Below the pieces are notes generated by a model that was given only the letters and a program-made list of their open reading frames with translations, was not told the origin of the DNA and did no database searches. 64,000 bases of DNA from Thermoplasmatales archaeon (GTDB lineage: Archaea > Thermoplasmatota > Thermoplasmata > Thermoplasmatales > GCA-001856825), in assembly GCA_026127935.1 (NCBI GenBank), contig JAJSLL010000004.1, positions 3,590 through 67,589 of the forward strand, read 5' to 3'. Shown piece by piece: positions 1-9,900 of the stretch. A program made the translations under genes and the position numbers. Numbering within the stretch: position 1 is the first letter of the stretch; each line of letters begins with the position of its first letter.

Positions 1-150
1 AATAATGCAGTCAGAAAGGCTTCTAAACTCTTCAGAAGAAGCATCTTCTTTCTGATGATCGTCCCCATGATTGGGGACTTGGCGTATAGCTTCTCTCAAT
101 TTATCTGGGGTTACTCTCACTTCGTAATACACGTTGCATATATCTATCAC
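1..150 (-). CDS. hypothetical protein, 5' part only (continues past the left window edge)
   Basis: The minus-strand frame is open from GTG at 150..148 to the edge (VIDICNVYYEVRVTPDKLREAIRQVPNHGDD...). It is divergent from the next gene. No recognisable motif. Confidence 0.25.
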   Translation of the reverse strand, partial: MIDICNVYYEVRVTPDKLREAIRQVPNHGDDHQKEDASSEEFRSLSDCII

Positions 151-215
151 AAAAAGATTCAAAAGGAATACCGGAAAGCACCAAAATTAAAATCGTTCAA
201 AGAAATCCAAAGAAG

Positions 216-1385
216 ATGAGAGTCCTAATACTTGGGGTCGATGGATACATCGGGTGGGCACTGGCGCAACGACTTGTCTCCAAAGGCCACGATGTCTTCG
301 GCGCAGACAATCTCTACACCAGGAAGAGAGTGAGGGAAGTAGGCTCAGATTCTGTGCTGCCGATTCCTTCGATAGGGAGAAGGTTGCAGAGTTTCAAGGA
401 ATTCTATGGAAGAGATCTAAAATTCTTCAGGGGAAATGTTGCAGACCCAAAGTTCCTTTATCAAGTATTTGAAAGAGTCAATCCAGATGTGGTTTATCAT
501 CTCGCAGAGCAGCGATCGGCCCCGTATTCAATGATAGGCCTCAAGCAGGCAAACGAAACAATGGTCACCAATCTAGTGAGTACGATCAATTTGGTATACG
601 CTGCGAAGGATACGAATCCAGACGTTGAAATAATCAAGCTCGGGACCATGGGAGAGTATGGCACTCCCAACATCGACATAACGGAAGGGTTTCTGGAGGT
701 GGAATTTAGGGGGAGGAAGGACGTCTTGCCCTTCCCCAGGAATGCTGGTTCTTGGTACCACTGGACTAAGGTCCACGACTCCAACAATCTGATGTTCGCA
801 AACAGGCTTTGGAAACTGAAGATCACAGACGTCATGCAAGGAGTAGTTTATGGAACTGCAACCAAGGAGATAGAGAAGTCCCACCTCTACACGAGATTCG
901 ATATAGATGAGGTCTGGGGCACTGCACTGAATAGATTTGCCGCCCAGGCTGTTGCGGGGCTCCCCATAACCCCGTATGGTAAGGGAAACCAAAAGAGGGG
1001 TTTTCTTTCTCTGGAAGACAGCGTAAGCTGTCTCACCATAGCACTTGAAAAGCCACCGAAAGAGGGCGAATACAGGGTGCTAAACCAGTTTGACCAATAC
1101 TACTCAGTCAATTACCTTGCTGAAACGGTAAGCAAAGTATATCATGAATTGACTGGCAATACTCCGGAAATTATGAACGTCGAAAACCCGAGGGTAGAAG
1201 CGGAAGACCACTACTACAACCCTGACCACAAGAAACTCTATGACTTGGGTTACAGGCCCTCTGGGGAGCTGAAAAAGGATATCAAGAAGATAATTGAAGA
1301 TCTTCTACAGCATAAAGAAAAGTGCCGAGACCTCAAGAAAGTGATAATGCCAAAAACGGTCTGGAAGAAGAGTTCAGGGATCTGA
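216..1385 (+). CDS. UDP-sulfoquinovose synthase (SQD1/Agl3-type NAD-dependent sugar epimerase/dehydratase)
   Basis: 389-aa ORF with an N-terminal Rossmann motif (GVDGYIGW). A colinear series of motifs remembered from SQD1 is present: AEQRSAPYSMI, KLGTMGEYGTPNIDI, KVHDSNN, TDVMQGVVYG, WGTALNRF, YGKGNQKRGF, NPRVEAEDHYYNPDH, IMPKTVWKK. Confidence 0.9.
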   Translation: MRVLILGVDGYIGWALAQRLVSKGHDVFGADNLYTRKRVREVGSDSVLPIPSIGRRLQSFKEFYGRDLKFFRGNVADPKFLYQVFERVNPDVVYHLAEQRSAPYSMIGLKQANETMVTNLVSTINLVYAAKDTNPDVEIIKLGTMGEYGTPNIDITEGFLEVEFRGRKDVLPFPRNAGSWYHWTKVHDSNNLMFANRLWKLKITDVMQGVVYGTATKEIEKSHLYTRFDIDEVWGTALNRFAAQAVAGLPITPYGKGNQKRGFLSLEDSVSCLTIALEKPPKEGEYRVLNQFDQYYSVNYLAETVSKVYHELTGNTPEIMNVENPRVEAEDHYYNPDHKKLYDLGYRPSGELKKDIKKIIEDLLQHKEKCRDLKKVIMPKTVWKKSSGI

Positions 1386-2141
1386 ACCTTTACTCAATTC
1401 TAGACTTTTCTTGCTGTGCTGGTAAGTGGCTTCAAGAACGGTACGGTAATCTTCAGCGCGTCCTACACTCACCCATGAAGCACTGGGGACATCAATAGTT
1501 CCAAACTTCAACCCACTCCTAATTGCATCATCAATCGCATCCGTCAATTCTGCTTTCCCGTTTTTATATGTGATGAAATTGAATATCTGTGGAGGAAGGT
1601 AATACAGTGCACACAGTGCATAGCTAGAGGGAGGGGCATTTGGTTTTTCGACGACTCCGACAACTGCATTTAAACTGTCACCGTTCTCGAAGGAAACGAC
1701 TCCGTACCTGCTAGGATCTTTGACTTTCATGACAAAGAGTTTCCACTCTCTCCTCCTTTCAGCTTCCTTGAGATGTGCCCCAAAGTGTTCCATATCTAGG
1801 ATCATCCCATCACCGGCTGCGAGAAGGAATCCTTCGTTTTCCACGAATTTCCTTGCTGAAAGAACAGCATCTCCAAAACCATTCTTCTCCCTCTGGAAGA
1901 AAACCTTTACAGACGGGTAAACGCTCTTCAGGTAATCTTGCGAGAGTGAGTCGAACGGATCGAGTACAACTGCAATTCTGTCTATCCCGATCTTGTTGAA
2001 TTTGTTAATGAGAACATCCATTATCGGCCTAAGCACCAGACTCTTCTCTCTATAATCATAGACGTTTAGGAGCTCTTTTCTAACCAGTCCGTTCAATCCA
2101 GATCTCTTGCCAAGTCCTGCAGCCGTTATGATAGCCTTCAT
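1374..2141 (-). CDS. sugar-1-phosphate nucleotidyltransferase (glucose-1-phosphate uridylyl/thymidylyltransferase-like)
   Basis: 255-aa ORF with the N-terminal NTP-transferase signature IITAAGLGKR and a downstream GDGMI motif. It is convergent with the sulfoquinovose synthase gene, and their 3' ends overlap by 12 nt. Confidence 0.8.
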   Translation of the reverse strand: MKAIITAAGLGKRSGLNGLVRKELLNVYDYREKSLVLRPIMDVLINKFNKIGIDRIAVVLDPFDSLSQDYLKSVYPSVKVFFQREKNGFGDAVLSARKFVENEGFLLAAGDGMILDMEHFGAHLKEAERRREWKLFVMKVKDPSRYGVVSFENGDSLNAVVGVVEKPNAPPSSYALCALYYLPPQIFNFITYKNGKAELTDAIDDAIRSGLKFGTIDVPSASWVSVGRAEDYRTVLEATYQHSKKSLELSKGSDP

Positions 2142-2273
2142 TCTATTGACTAGAGATATTCAGATTCTATAAAATTTAGTCGAATGCATTCTTGCTCGGA
2201 GGGATGAGAGAAAAGCAATTAACCAATTCACAGGTATAGTTGGTATTTTTAAACGTGAAATAATAGAGGCAAG

Positions 2274-3233
2274 GTGTCATCATCTCTAATTTCCGTGTCG
2301 GAGGTTGCTGCGGGAATAGTGATGCTGATCGCAAGCTCTCTAATCCTTACAATCGCCATTGAGGAGATTGGAAAGAGAGGGAAATTTAGCGAGAGTTTTA
2401 CCGGAGCGATTATAAGTCCAATCTTCACAGCAATGCCGGAGCTTGTGGTGATAGTCCTCGCACTGGTGCTTGTTGGGAAGGAATCCGGTTCCGAGATAGC
2501 AGCCGGTACGATAATTGGCGAACCGTTCATGGTATCCGCAATAGGCTTTCCTGTGGTAGCCGTCACACTTCTTTTGACATCAAGGAAGCACAAAATCGAC
2601 GAAATAAATCCGTTGTTATCAAAGACACTTATCTACATGGGACTTGTATTTCCAATAATGTTGATTCCATTCTTCTTCAATCTTGTCGTTGTAAGAGTAG
2701 CCGTAGCAGTGATTCTGGTTCTGCTCTACATAGTCTTCTTCAGGTTGGTTGGAAGAAAGGAGAGGTTTGAAGAAGAGGCGACAGACATAAGAATTCGCAA
2801 CGGGGCTCTGCTAGTCTTAATGATCATAGCGGGGGTTGCATTCCTGCTTGCAGGATCGGCTATTCTTGTCAGGGGGATAAATAGCCTCTACCTGCTGACT
2901 GGAATAAACCAAGAACTAATCACAATTCTCTTGGTGCCGATAGGAACAATTGTCCCAGAAACAGTGAATGCCGTGATATGGGCTGCTAGAGGCAAGACCA
3001 GTCTTGCAATTGGGGCAGTTGCTGGGGAGGAAATGTACTTTGCAACCTTCTTTCCTGCACTGGGCATTCTTGCGAGTCGTTGGTACATAACGACAAACGG
3101 AATGGTGGCAGTCCTATTGACTTCCGTATTTTCTATCGTCATAGGCTTGACGGTCTATAAATTCAAGACAGCAGCCTACATCTTCATTTTCTTCATCGTT
3201 TCTCTAATCATATTCTTGTTATTTGTCTACTAA
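2274..3233 (+). CDS. multi-pass membrane protein, Ca2+/cation antiporter (CaCA/YrbG)-like
   Basis: 319-aa strongly hydrophobic ORF. Two internal alpha-repeat-like motifs (FTAMPELVV and GTIVPETVNAV) are separated by a charged loop (RKERFEEEATD). Confidence 0.55.
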   Translation: MSSSLISVSEVAAGIVMLIASSLILTIAIEEIGKRGKFSESFTGAIISPIFTAMPELVVIVLALVLVGKESGSEIAAGTIIGEPFMVSAIGFPVVAVTLLLTSRKHKIDEINPLLSKTLIYMGLVFPIMLIPFFFNLVVVRVAVAVILVLLYIVFFRLVGRKERFEEEATDIRIRNGALLVLMIIAGVAFLLAGSAILVRGINSLYLLTGINQELITILLVPIGTIVPETVNAVIWAARGKTSLAIGAVAGEEMYFATFFPALGILASRWYITTNGMVAVLLTSVFSIVIGLTVYKFKTAAYIFIFFIVSLIIFLLFVY

Positions 3234-3292
3234 TTTTTGAGTAAATCCAATAAAATAGGAAATGTTAAAATATCGTCCTTAACTCCCAGATT

Positions 3293-3952
3293 ATGACTGA
3301 CCTATCTAGGACATCACTTTCGGATATAAAAAAGCGGCTTTTGCGCGGTACCCCTCTGATAGTTTATGATTTCGACGGTAGAGAGGAGGAAGCAGATATG
3401 GTATTTTATGCAGGCTCCATGACATGGAAATCTGTTAACAGACTGAGAAAGGATGCCGGGGGCCTCATCTGCTATGTTACTGGAAGAGAAGAAGCGTCCA
3501 AGATAGGCCTGAACTTCCTGACCGACGAATGGAAAACGCATCCAACGTATGGAAATCTTATAAAACGGCCGTCCTATGGTGACTACCCTTCATTCACGAT
3601 GTGGATCAACCACATTTCGGTTTCGACTGGAATATCCGATTCGGACAGGGCCAATACTATTCTCGAAATGCACAATTTACTGACCGACCACATAGAGAAC
3701 AAAGTGGAATACTTCCAGAAGAATTTCTATGCACCTGGACACGTGCCAGTCCTTGCGTCAAGGGGACTGAATGAGAGAAAAGGGCACACCGAACTTGTAT
3801 CGCACCTGGCTGAACTGGTAGGTCTTCCGCGGAGCATGGTGATAGCCGAGATGCTGGGGGACGGGAAGAGTCTTAAGAGAGCCAGTGCAGAAGAATACGC
3901 AACAAAGAACAAATTAATATTCTTGGAAGGCAAAGATATAGTCAGAGCGTGA
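3293..3952 (+). CDS. ribB: 3,4-dihydroxy-2-butanone-4-phosphate synthase
   Basis: 219 aa with motifs DFDGREEEADMVF and ERKGHTELV. It directly precedes the riboflavin synthase and lumazine synthase genes, overlapping the former by 4 nt. Confidence 0.85.
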   Translation: MTDLSRTSLSDIKKRLLRGTPLIVYDFDGREEEADMVFYAGSMTWKSVNRLRKDAGGLICYVTGREEASKIGLNFLTDEWKTHPTYGNLIKRPSYGDYPSFTMWINHISVSTGISDSDRANTILEMHNLLTDHIENKVEYFQKNFYAPGHVPVLASRGLNERKGHTELVSHLAELVGLPRSMVIAEMLGDGKSLKRASAEEYATKNKLIFLEGKDIVRA

Positions 3953-4428
3953 ATGACGTGACAAAATACGGAATAGTGGATACCACCTTTTCACGGGTGG
4001 ATATGGGTAGATTTGCTTACGATACGATAAGAAAAGAGGATCCAGATGGAGAAATTGTCAGGTACACAGTTCCAGGAATTAAGGATATGCCGATGGGGGC
4101 TACCAAGCTCTTCGAAGAGGGATGCGAAGGTGTGATCACTCTTGGCTGGGTAGGGAAGACGAAGCTGGACAAGTACAGCTATCTGGCGACGAGCATAGGG
4201 CTAATCCAGGCACAACTGAATGCAAAGCGACACATTATGGACGTCACGGTCCACGAAGATGAAGTGGAGGAGGCACAGCTTTTTTCGCTTGCCAAAGACA
4301 GGGCGACGAAACACGCTGTGAACTTGGTAAAACTCGTCAGGGATGGCGGTCATTCACTGGCTTCAATGGCAGGGAAGGGTCTCAGGCAAGGATATAATAG
4401 TGCAGGACAAATTCTGAGTGAGGATTAA
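3949..4428 (+). CDS. ribC: riboflavin synthase, archaeal type
   Basis: 159 aa. The N-terminus [14 protein letters not shown] is typical of archaeal-type riboflavin synthase, and the gene sits in a rib cluster. Confidence 0.85.
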   Translation: MNDVTKYGIVDTTFSRVDMGRFAYDTIRKEDPDGEIVRYTVPGIKDMPMGATKLFEEGCEGVITLGWVGKTKLDKYSYLATSIGLIQAQLNAKRHIMDVTVHEDEVEEAQLFSLAKDRATKHAVNLVKLVRDGGHSLASMAGKGLRQGYNSAGQILSED

Positions 4429-4429
4429 A

Positions 4430-4840
4430 ATGTCAAGAATAGGTTTAGTGGTTTCGGACTTCAATTATGACATCACTTCGCTTATGCAAAAGAAGGCGGA
4501 GGAACAATCGGAGCTCCTAGGCTTTGAGCACGAAGCGATAAGGGTCCCAGGGGTCTTTGACATGCCACTCGCCGTGAAGTTGCTCCTTAAGAAGAAAAAC
4601 ATCGATGGAGTTGCGCTGCTTGGTGCGGTGATAAAGGGGGAAACAAAGCATGATGACCTCGTGATAAATCAATCCGTCAGAAAGATAGTCGATCTTTCAA
4701 ATGAATATGAGAAACCTGTCACGATAGGTATAATCGGTCCCGGTGCTGAGCACGATCAGGCAGTTGCAAGGATTGAAGAATATTCTACAAGGGCTGTCGA
4801 ATCTCTGGCAAAACTGTTTAAGGCATTCAAACGGAACTGA
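4430..4840 (+). CDS. ribH: 6,7-dimethyl-8-ribityllumazine synthase
   Basis: The N-terminus [14 protein letters not shown] and the G(A)VIKGETKH motif fit lumazine synthase. The ATG at 4430 lies just after the ribC stop and is preferred over the GTG at 4418 given in the ORF track. Confidence 0.85.
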   Translation: MSRIGLVVSDFNYDITSLMQKKAEEQSELLGFEHEAIRVPGVFDMPLAVKLLLKKKNIDGVALLGAVIKGETKHDDLVINQSVRKIVDLSNEYEKPVTIGIIGPGAEHDQAVARIEEYSTRAVESLAKLFKAFKRN

Positions 4841-5094
4841 AAGTTAAGCAACGATATAACCGAATTCTTCTCTCATATGACTCTAAGATAGGTAAAGTTC
4901 TTTCAAATAGTCAATAAAAATTAAAAAAGAATCAGGACGGGACCGCTTCAAGGTCATATGCCGCTATGTTGAACTGTCCATTTCCTCCGTTAATTGACAT
5001 GGGAACGTTGTTCGCGAGAGCACTCAGAACAAGACTATTCGAAGAACCGACAGGATTCTCAAGACTCACACTGCCTGCAAACAAGTACACGCTA

Positions 5095-6570
5095 TCACTC
5101 ACCCCCGGTCACCTGAGTGTTCAGCAGTCCATACACGGAAGATGCGACACCAGCATAAGTTGCAACGTCTGAAGCTAGGTCTGCCCATCCAGAACCGGGG
5201 GCCCAACCATCTGCGGCAGCGATTACACCAACGACAGAAAGCGCAAGACCAAAGAGTGAGTTGATCTCAGGCCACAGATTGCTGGAAGCGGACGTCATAC
5301 TATCTTCTATAGTGGACCAATCTGCTGTTCCTCCATTTGACAGGGTGTAATTCTCTGCGGTTATGTAGGATGATGAAAAGAGATACTTAGCCAGGTTGTG
5401 GGGTTCCATCAATGACCATGTGGTTCCGCTGGTTATGTTCATATGACCCATGTCATAATAACCGTTCCCATTAACATTCAGAGAGGCGATCTCTGTTGTG
5501 TAATGGTAGTTGTTTGACGGCTGGTATCCACCAGAGGTGTAAATGTATTCCCTGAACTGATCCAACGTTATTGTCCCGACAACGTAAAGCATAACAGCGT
5601 GAGGGGAATTTTCGTTCAATGGAAGGGCGTTGTAAGCGGTTATTCCATCTACCCAGGTGCCGTTACTGTTTTCAGGAGAAGTGTAGGAGCTGTTGGAAAG
5701 TACCGAGTAAGAGATAGACCCACTGATACTGCTTATTTGACCCACATGAAAAAGTGCTTCTTGGCTCGCAGAGCCCAGAAATACTGATATGTCGATTTCC
5801 TCGTTGTTGCTAGATAGTATGGAATTGTTTGCCCAAGCCAGAGGAATAGTCTCATTACTAAATGACGTTGATTTGATCAAAGACCAGAAGTTGCTGTCGT
5901 TTCCTCCTCCTATTCCAAGAGGCAGGTCATTTGTTCCCACTATCGATGGATACTGAGTGGAAGAGGTGTCGACATATCCTTTCATAGATGCAAGGGAGGG
6001 GTGATCTTGGAATGTTATGTTGCTTAGATGATGGTATCCGTATATCTCGGTCACATTAAGGAAATTGCCTGTGAGCAGAACGTAAAACGCGGGGTTGAAA
6101 GGTACCACTACAGACTGATAATAGACCATAGTAGTGTTGTTTTCAATATAGTAGTAAGAGACCTCCGCTATATAGGACGTCATTGCACCCAAGTTTCCAG
6201 TGTGCATGAAGTAGGACGTCCAGTTATCTGCGAGGGAGTAGAAGCCGTATGATAGGTTGGTGACTAAATATCCAGTGGAATTTGTGGTTCCGTTAAAGAG
6301 AGGTGCCACGTTTACATAAGAATGCAACCAGGTGGCTACGGATGGTGGGGGATTTACGAAGATCTGAACGGATGCATAGAGGAACTCTGCAGGAGCTGCA
6401 TTAAGGCCTGTGGATGCGGGAGCGATAGACAGTACAAGTCCAGGTCCCAACTCCTTTGCGGGTTGCGGTGATGAGCGCTCATATAGATCAATTCCTAAAG
6501 AGAGAGATGCGACAACTATAACTGCAACTATAACTGCAACTATAACCACAATGGTTCTTTTCATTGTCAT
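5095..6570 (-). CDS. membrane-anchored extracellular protein, very rich in N-glycosylation sequons
   Basis: Long ORF with an N-terminal TM segment (TIVVIVAVIVAVIVVASL). The body is rich in Asn/Ser/Thr/Tyr with many N-x-S/T sites (NGT, NST, NLS, NWT, NNT, NVT, NIT, NET, NSS, NYT ...). The C-terminus is hydrophobic and Gly/Ala-rich. ATG at 6570 is preferred; the ORF track starts at TTG 6582. Confidence 0.65.
   Translation of the reverse strand: MTMKRTIVVIVAVIVAVIVVASLSLGIDLYERSSPQPAKELGPGLVLSIAPASTGLNAAPAEFLYASVQIFVNPPPSVATWLHSYVNVAPLFNGTTNSTGYLVTNLSYGFYSLADNWTSYFMHTGNLGAMTSYIAEVSYYYIENNTTMVYYQSVVVPFNPAFYVLLTGNFLNVTEIYGYHHLSNITFQDHPSLASMKGYVDTSSTQYPSIVGTNDLPLGIGGGNDSNFWSLIKSTSFSNETIPLAWANNSILSSNNEEIDISVFLGSASQEALFHVGQISSISGSISYSVLSNSSYTSPENSNGTWVDGITAYNALPLNENSPHAVMLYVVGTITLDQFREYIYTSGGYQPSNNYHYTTEIASLNVNGNGYYDMGHMNITSGTTWSLMEPHNLAKYLFSSSYITAENYTLSNGGTADWSTIEDSMTSASSNLWPEINSLFGLALSVVGVIAAADGWAPGSGWADLASDVATYAGVASSVYGLLNTQVTGGE
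6513..6546. repeat. 12-nt tandem repeat, about 2.8 copies (CAACTATAACTG)
   Basis: Read directly from the sequence. It encodes the (VAVI)n stretch of the N-terminal TM helix of the surface protein. Confidence 0.8.
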
Positions 6571-6938
6571 CAGACCAGACAATATATGATGACTGCTTTA
6601 ATACTACGTCCAAGTTAGAAAATGTATTTTGAACTGTTCTATTCACAAATCAACCCTTGAATTTCGTTGAGAAGTGTTGTGTAGCAAAAAAACAAAAATG
6701 GGAGAACTTCTTCACCATACTCGTATCAAGGTCGTCATTCCATATTTTCCACACGATTCCAGCGTAGATTATCAAAACGACTGGAACGAAAATCTATAAG
6801 ACCAGACTCATCTAGCTCATCAAATCAATCGAAGAAAAAGGTATAACGTCTTCTGAATGCACTGAAGAAATTTTCAAAAGAACCCAAGTACCGGAAGGGA
6901 ATAAGAACATTTTTTTAATCCAAAGTTATGCGCACTAA

Positions 6939-9491
6939 ATGCCTTACGACTTCAAAGAGAGCGAAAGAAAGTGGACTAGTTTCTGGAATGAAGAGAAAGT
7001 ATTCCAGTATGATTTCAGTTCATCCAAGCCCACTTACAGCATAGACACACCTCCCAGATATGCTTCAGGCAAGATGCACATAGGGCACGCTTTCCACTAT
7101 TCGCACATAGATATGGTAGCAAAATATCACAGGATCAAGGGAGAAGAGGTGTTCTTCCCGCTCTGTTTTGATGTTAACGGAATGCCGATTGAGGTCAACG
7201 TCGAAAAGAAGTATGGCATAAAGATGAGGGAGTATGACAGGCAGGAATTCGTAAAACTCTGCGAAGAGTTTGCCGAGGGGAACATACAAGCGATGATTGG
7301 CCAGTTCCAATCTCTAGGCATAACAGCCGATCCCTCGTTGTACTACAAGACCAACTCTGAGATGTACAGGAAGTACACCCAAATCACATTCATAAGGATG
7401 TTCGAGAAGAGGATGGCTTACAAGGGTAAGCATCCAGTCAACTGGTGCCCCCGCTGCGAAACAGCTATCGCAGAATCAGAGATTGTGTATGAGGAACGTG
7501 ATGTATCCCTCAACGATATAGAATTCAAGGGAGACGGATTTGAACTAACCATCTCTACCACAAGACCAGAACTGATTGCTGCGTGCGTTGCAGTCGCAGT
7601 GAACCCGAAAGATGAACGCTATGCACACTTGGTGGGCAAGCAGATCAAGCTCCCCATTTTTGGCAAGTCAGTTTCGATAATCACCGATGAAGATGTCCTG
7701 ATGGATTTCGGAACCGGAGCAGAAATGATATGTTCCGTCGGTGACAAAGCAGACTTGAAAATGATCTACAAACATTCGCTACCCTTCCTAAGGAGTATAG
7801 ATGAGCAGGGAAGGTTGACGGAGATAGCAGGAAAATATTCGGGCCTTCCAACTAAGGATGTAAAGAAAAGAATTATCGAAGACCTGAAGCTATCTGGGGA
7901 TTTCGTTTCAAGCATAACAATCAAGCAGAATGTAGGCACCTGCTGGCGATGCGGAACACCTCTGGAATACCTGCAGAAGGAACAATGGTTTGTCAAGTCA
8001 ATGGATTTCAAGGATGATCTTAAGAAATGGTCGGAAAAACTGGGATGGCACCCACTGTTCATGAAGAAGAGACTGGACGATTGGATAGATTCGCTATCTT
8101 GGGACTGGGTCGTCTCAAGACAAAGATATTTTGCAACGCCCATTCCTGTCTGGGAATGCAACAACGGTCATCAGGTAGTTGCTAAAGAAGAGCAGTGCTA
8201 TGTCGATCCGCTCATAGACCTCCCGCCGGTGAAGGACTGCCCCACCTGTCACCTTCCCCTAAAGGGGTCCGAAGAGGTATTTGATACATGGATGGACTCT
8301 TCAATCTCATCATTGTTCAACACATACTACGCACGTGACGAAAAAATATTTTCGAAGCTCTATCCCATGTCTCTGAGGCCTCAGGGACAGGACATCATTA
8401 GGACCTGGGCTTACTACAGTGTGCTGAGGGGAAATCTTCTGACCGGTCAGAATCCATGGAAGGAGATAATGGTCGACGGAAACATAATGGCTCCGGATGG
8501 GCGTCCAATGCATGCATCGTGGGGGAACGTGGTGGACCCGAATATTCTATTGGAGAAATATGGAGCGGACGCGTTCAGGTATTTCACAGCCTCTTGTTCA
8601 CTCGGTGAGGACACTGCATTCAGGGAAAGGGATCTGATCAGAGGTCAAAGACTGATGAACAAGATTTACAACCTAGTGAGTTTCCTCGAATTTTACGGAG
8701 GGAAACAAACCGAGGAAGACGGGATGAGACCGGCAGACCACTGGATAATCAGACAGATGAATAACGCAATACGAGAAGTTAGTAGCGCAATGAATGGCTT
8801 CGAATTTGACAAGGCCATACGAGTAGCGGAATCGTTCATCTGGCACGACCTTGCAGACAATTACGTGGAGATAATCAAGCACAGGATAAACGGCTTCAAG
8901 ACTTACGAAACGGTATATCGCATTCTACTGTCTTCAATAATAATGATATCGCCCATCTTCCCCTTCGTGGCTGAAGATTCCTATCAGAGATTATTCAGGG
9001 AGAAGGAAGGTAAGAGGAGTGTTTTCGATCTGCAATTCCCCGATTCAATTTCGTTTGATGAGATAGAGGCCCAGGTCGGTGGAACCACTTCAGAAGCGAT
9101 TTCGATGATGAGGGACCTGAAGGTGAAGGATAAGATTTCACTTTCTGACAAGATCGAGATGGCCACTATTTTAAGCGCTTCCGAAGTCAAAGTTGACGAA
9201 GAGGATGTGAGGGGAACGATAAGGGCAGAGAAACTCACTTACGAAAAGGGGAAGGTTGAAGAAAAGATAATTTCCGTGAAACTTGCTCCCTCCCTGTATT
9301 CAGTCTTAAGGGAGAAGTCGGAGTCATTCCTCGTTAAAGTGAAGGAAAACCCTTCTCTCCTCGACGAAAGTTATATATTATTCGAGGACAAGAAAATCGA
9401 CACTACAGAAGTTCTGGTCACAAAAAAGTACTCTATTCAGGGAAGAAACGTCAATTGCGGGAAAGAATTCTGCGTATCGGTATCAAGATGA
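6939..9491 (+). CDS. valS: valyl-tRNA synthetase (class I), with a non-canonical KMSKS loop
   Basis: 850 aa. It has IDTPPRYASGKMHIGH (HIGH region), a CP1 zinc-like motif WCPRCETAI, WRCGTPLEY, and a conserved DIIRTWAYYS...GNVVDP...YGADAFRYF context. The position expected for KMSKS reads PMHAS. Confidence 0.75.
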   Translation: MPYDFKESERKWTSFWNEEKVFQYDFSSSKPTYSIDTPPRYASGKMHIGHAFHYSHIDMVAKYHRIKGEEVFFPLCFDVNGMPIEVNVEKKYGIKMREYDRQEFVKLCEEFAEGNIQAMIGQFQSLGITADPSLYYKTNSEMYRKYTQITFIRMFEKRMAYKGKHPVNWCPRCETAIAESEIVYEERDVSLNDIEFKGDGFELTISTTRPELIAACVAVAVNPKDERYAHLVGKQIKLPIFGKSVSIITDEDVLMDFGTGAEMICSVGDKADLKMIYKHSLPFLRSIDEQGRLTEIAGKYSGLPTKDVKKRIIEDLKLSGDFVSSITIKQNVGTCWRCGTPLEYLQKEQWFVKSMDFKDDLKKWSEKLGWHPLFMKKRLDDWIDSLSWDWVVSRQRYFATPIPVWECNNGHQVVAKEEQCYVDPLIDLPPVKDCPTCHLPLKGSEEVFDTWMDSSISSLFNTYYARDEKIFSKLYPMSLRPQGQDIIRTWAYYSVLRGNLLTGQNPWKEIMVDGNIMAPDGRPMHASWGNVVDPNILLEKYGADAFRYFTASCSLGEDTAFRERDLIRGQRLMNKIYNLVSFLEFYGGKQTEEDGMRPADHWIIRQMNNAIREVSSAMNGFEFDKAIRVAESFIWHDLADNYVEIIKHRINGFKTYETVYRILLSSIIMISPIFPFVAEDSYQRLFREKEGKRSVFDLQFPDSISFDEIEAQVGGTTSEAISMMRDLKVKDKISLSDKIEMATILSASEVKVDEEDVRGTIRAEKLTYEKGKVEEKIISVKLAPSLYSVLREKSESFLVKVKENPSLLDESYILFEDKKIDTTEVLVTKKYSIQGRNVNCGKEFCVSVSR

Positions 9492-9525
9492 CAAATGATT
9501 TATTTGTAGAAATAGTGTCTATTCA

Positions 9526-9900
9526 GTGGCAAAAAGACCCAGCGATGCTGAGCTCATCTTCAACGTTCTGACCATCCTGAGGAAGAATGGAGAGATCGTG
9601 GGTGAAATAAAATTCCTCGATTTTCTCAAGAACAGGAAGATTAGCGCATCCCCAAAAAGGTTCAGGAAGCTGATATATGAGATTCCTGAAATAGAAGTTT
9701 CAGTGAAATATTCGAGCAAGAAGTTCGCGTCCCTTGACGACTGCCCCGTGTGCAGTTCAAAGCTCACCACGATGAGGGGAATAAACCTCGAGGGAAAGAA
9801 GAAAATTATAGGCTACAAATGTGGAAGGTGCGGGTACAACTCCACCAGCAACGGGAAACCATATATATATACGTTCAGATTAAAGAATCATGATCTCTGA
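9526..9900 (+). CDS. hypothetical protein with C-terminal zinc ribbon
   Basis: 124 aa with a GTG start. It has CPVC...(x24)...CGRC. Its end overlaps the next gene by 11 nt. Confidence 0.45.
   Translation: MAKRPSDAELIFNVLTILRKNGEIVGEIKFLDFLKNRKISASPKRFRKLIYEIPEIEVSVKYSSKKFASLDDCPVCSSKLTTMRGINLEGKKKIIGYKCGRCGYNSTSNGKPYIYTFRLKNHDL

Noticed and set aside
6586-6592. C-box-like ATGATGA strings in intergenic DNA (also at 55643-55649), considered as C/D box sRNAs
   Set aside because: No matching D, D' (CTGA) or C' boxes occur at the required spacing.
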